Positions 63,332-64,000 of a stretch of 64,000 nucleotides of DNA are shown here, piece by piece. This stretch comes from a virus. Lineage: Duplodnaviria > Heunggongvirae > Uroviricota > Caudoviricetes. Position 1 is the stretch's first letter, and every line of letters starts with the position of its first letter. Both the position numbers and the translations under genes were made by a program. The notes beneath the pieces were generated by a model that saw nothing but the letters and a program-made list of their open reading frames with translations, made no database searches and was not told the origin of the DNA. The stretch lies in IMG/VR virus record IMGVR_UViG_3300029839_000128; one strand, 5' to 3'.

Positions 63332-63576
63332 TTATGGCATGGTATTGGATTGTACTTCTCACGTTGCTTGGTGTGTGGACGGTTTCGGTTGTTCTGGCAC
63401 AGTTTGATGAAGACTATACGCTCTGGTGGGCGTGTGGTCTGTTGTATCCGGTGCTGTATCTTATCTTCTATCCCATTCGGGCAGTAAAACGCTACAATAG
63501 CGGGAAGCAGTATTATGAACGGCATGGAATTTCAAAGGTGCAGTACATATTTGGAAAACGTCCGAAAGAGAGATGA
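63328..63576 (+). CDS. small membrane protein (82 aa)
   Basis: Two hydrophobic segments. ORF track. Confidence 0.45.
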   Translation: MIMAWYWIVLLTLLGVWTVSVVLAQFDEDYTLWWACGLLYPVLYLIFYPIRAVKRYNSGKQYYERHGISKVQYIFGKRPKER

Positions 63577-63764
63577 CCCCTATGAGTAAAGGAAACGCTT
63601 TTCACAAGCTCTTTCAGATAGATGAATTTGCGCGGAGGTTTTATTGTGAACACGCACGGTTGAATCAGCTGCGTAGCGATAAATTCAGGTCAAAACGAAA
63701 GGTGCGCCGTCAGATGAAAGAAGAAACAAAAAGGAGTGCTGATGAGTATGATGACCGAGATTGA
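63573..63764 (+). CDS. small basic protein (63 aa)
   Basis: ORF track. Confidence 0.35.
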   Translation: MTPMSKGNAFHKLFQIDEFARRFYCEHARLNQLRSDKFRSKRKVRRQMKEETKRSADEYDDRD

Positions 63765-64000
63765 TAAGGCGATTCAGGAGTTTGAAGATGAAGCATATCA
63801 CCATAGTCTTCATCCTGAGATTAGTGATAAAGCTAAAACAACAGCTCTGGCTGCTTTGTACCGGGTCAAGGCGTTGGAGTCAGAATTGCAAGATTACCAA
63901 GAGATCAAGAAAGAGGTTTTAGAGTATCGAAATGCAGCAAGGTTGTATGGTGTGGATGCCCATACCATGCTGATGTTGGCAAAAAGTAAGATCGTGACCT
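63745..64000 (+). CDS. hypothetical protein, N-terminal part (continues beyond window end)
   Basis: ATG 63745 (MSMMTEIDKAIQEFEDE...) open to the end of the window. Confidence 0.4.

Overview
This 64 kb window is the early and nucleotide-metabolism region of a large dsDNA phage or prophage of a Firmicutes-type host. It is not host chromosome. No structural, packaging or lysis genes are present. Genes are tightly packed on the minus strand from 1 to about 57.4 kb and switch to the plus strand from about 58.5 kb. The region is AT-rich and uses GGAGG-type ribosome-binding sites. Recognisable functions:
- Replication: PolIII-alpha/DnaE-like polymerase, T7 gp4-like primase-helicase.
- Recombination: ERF-family single-strand annealing protein, SSB, Cas4-like nuclease.
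- Nucleotide metabolism: NrdD/NrdG with glutaredoxin and a ferredoxin-thioredoxin-reductase-like protein, ThyX, dUTPase, dNMP kinase, 5'-deoxynucleotidase, dCMP deaminase, HD hydrolase.
- DNA modification: a C5-cytosine methyltransferase, a beta-class N6/N4 methyltransferase broken by a homopolymer frameshift, and a 1016-aa methyltransferase fused to an SNF2/DEAD helicase next to an XRE/ImmA regulator pair.
The most unusual part is an RNA island at 23.4-31.1 kb:
- Six clustered tRNA-like genes. Four are 112-113 nt and carry a conserved ~40-nt insertion (hairpin + ACAGCAA motif).
- A DUF2828/vWA (possibly Ro60-like) protein.
- A cysteine desulfurase.
- An operon encoding an Rnl2-like RNA ligase, a pol-beta nucleotidyltransferase and a P-loop kinase fused to an HD phosphoesterase.
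A Thg1-like 3'-5' polymerase and a macro-domain protein lie elsewhere in the window. Together these suggest a phage-encoded tRNA processing/repair (healing-and-sealing) system.
An array of about 25 small genes at 44.9-57.3 kb is organised as promoter-gene-terminator cassettes and looks like a host-takeover region. It includes a RelE-like toxin, a J-domain protein and a sigma-like factor. All cassettes carry one conserved phage-specific promoter/leader motif (TTAGCAA core, about 40 copies).
A GC-rich island at 55.85-58.3 kb and several candidate small RNAs and antisense elements are also noted. All calls are from sequence and motif inspection only. No database searches or structure predictions were run.
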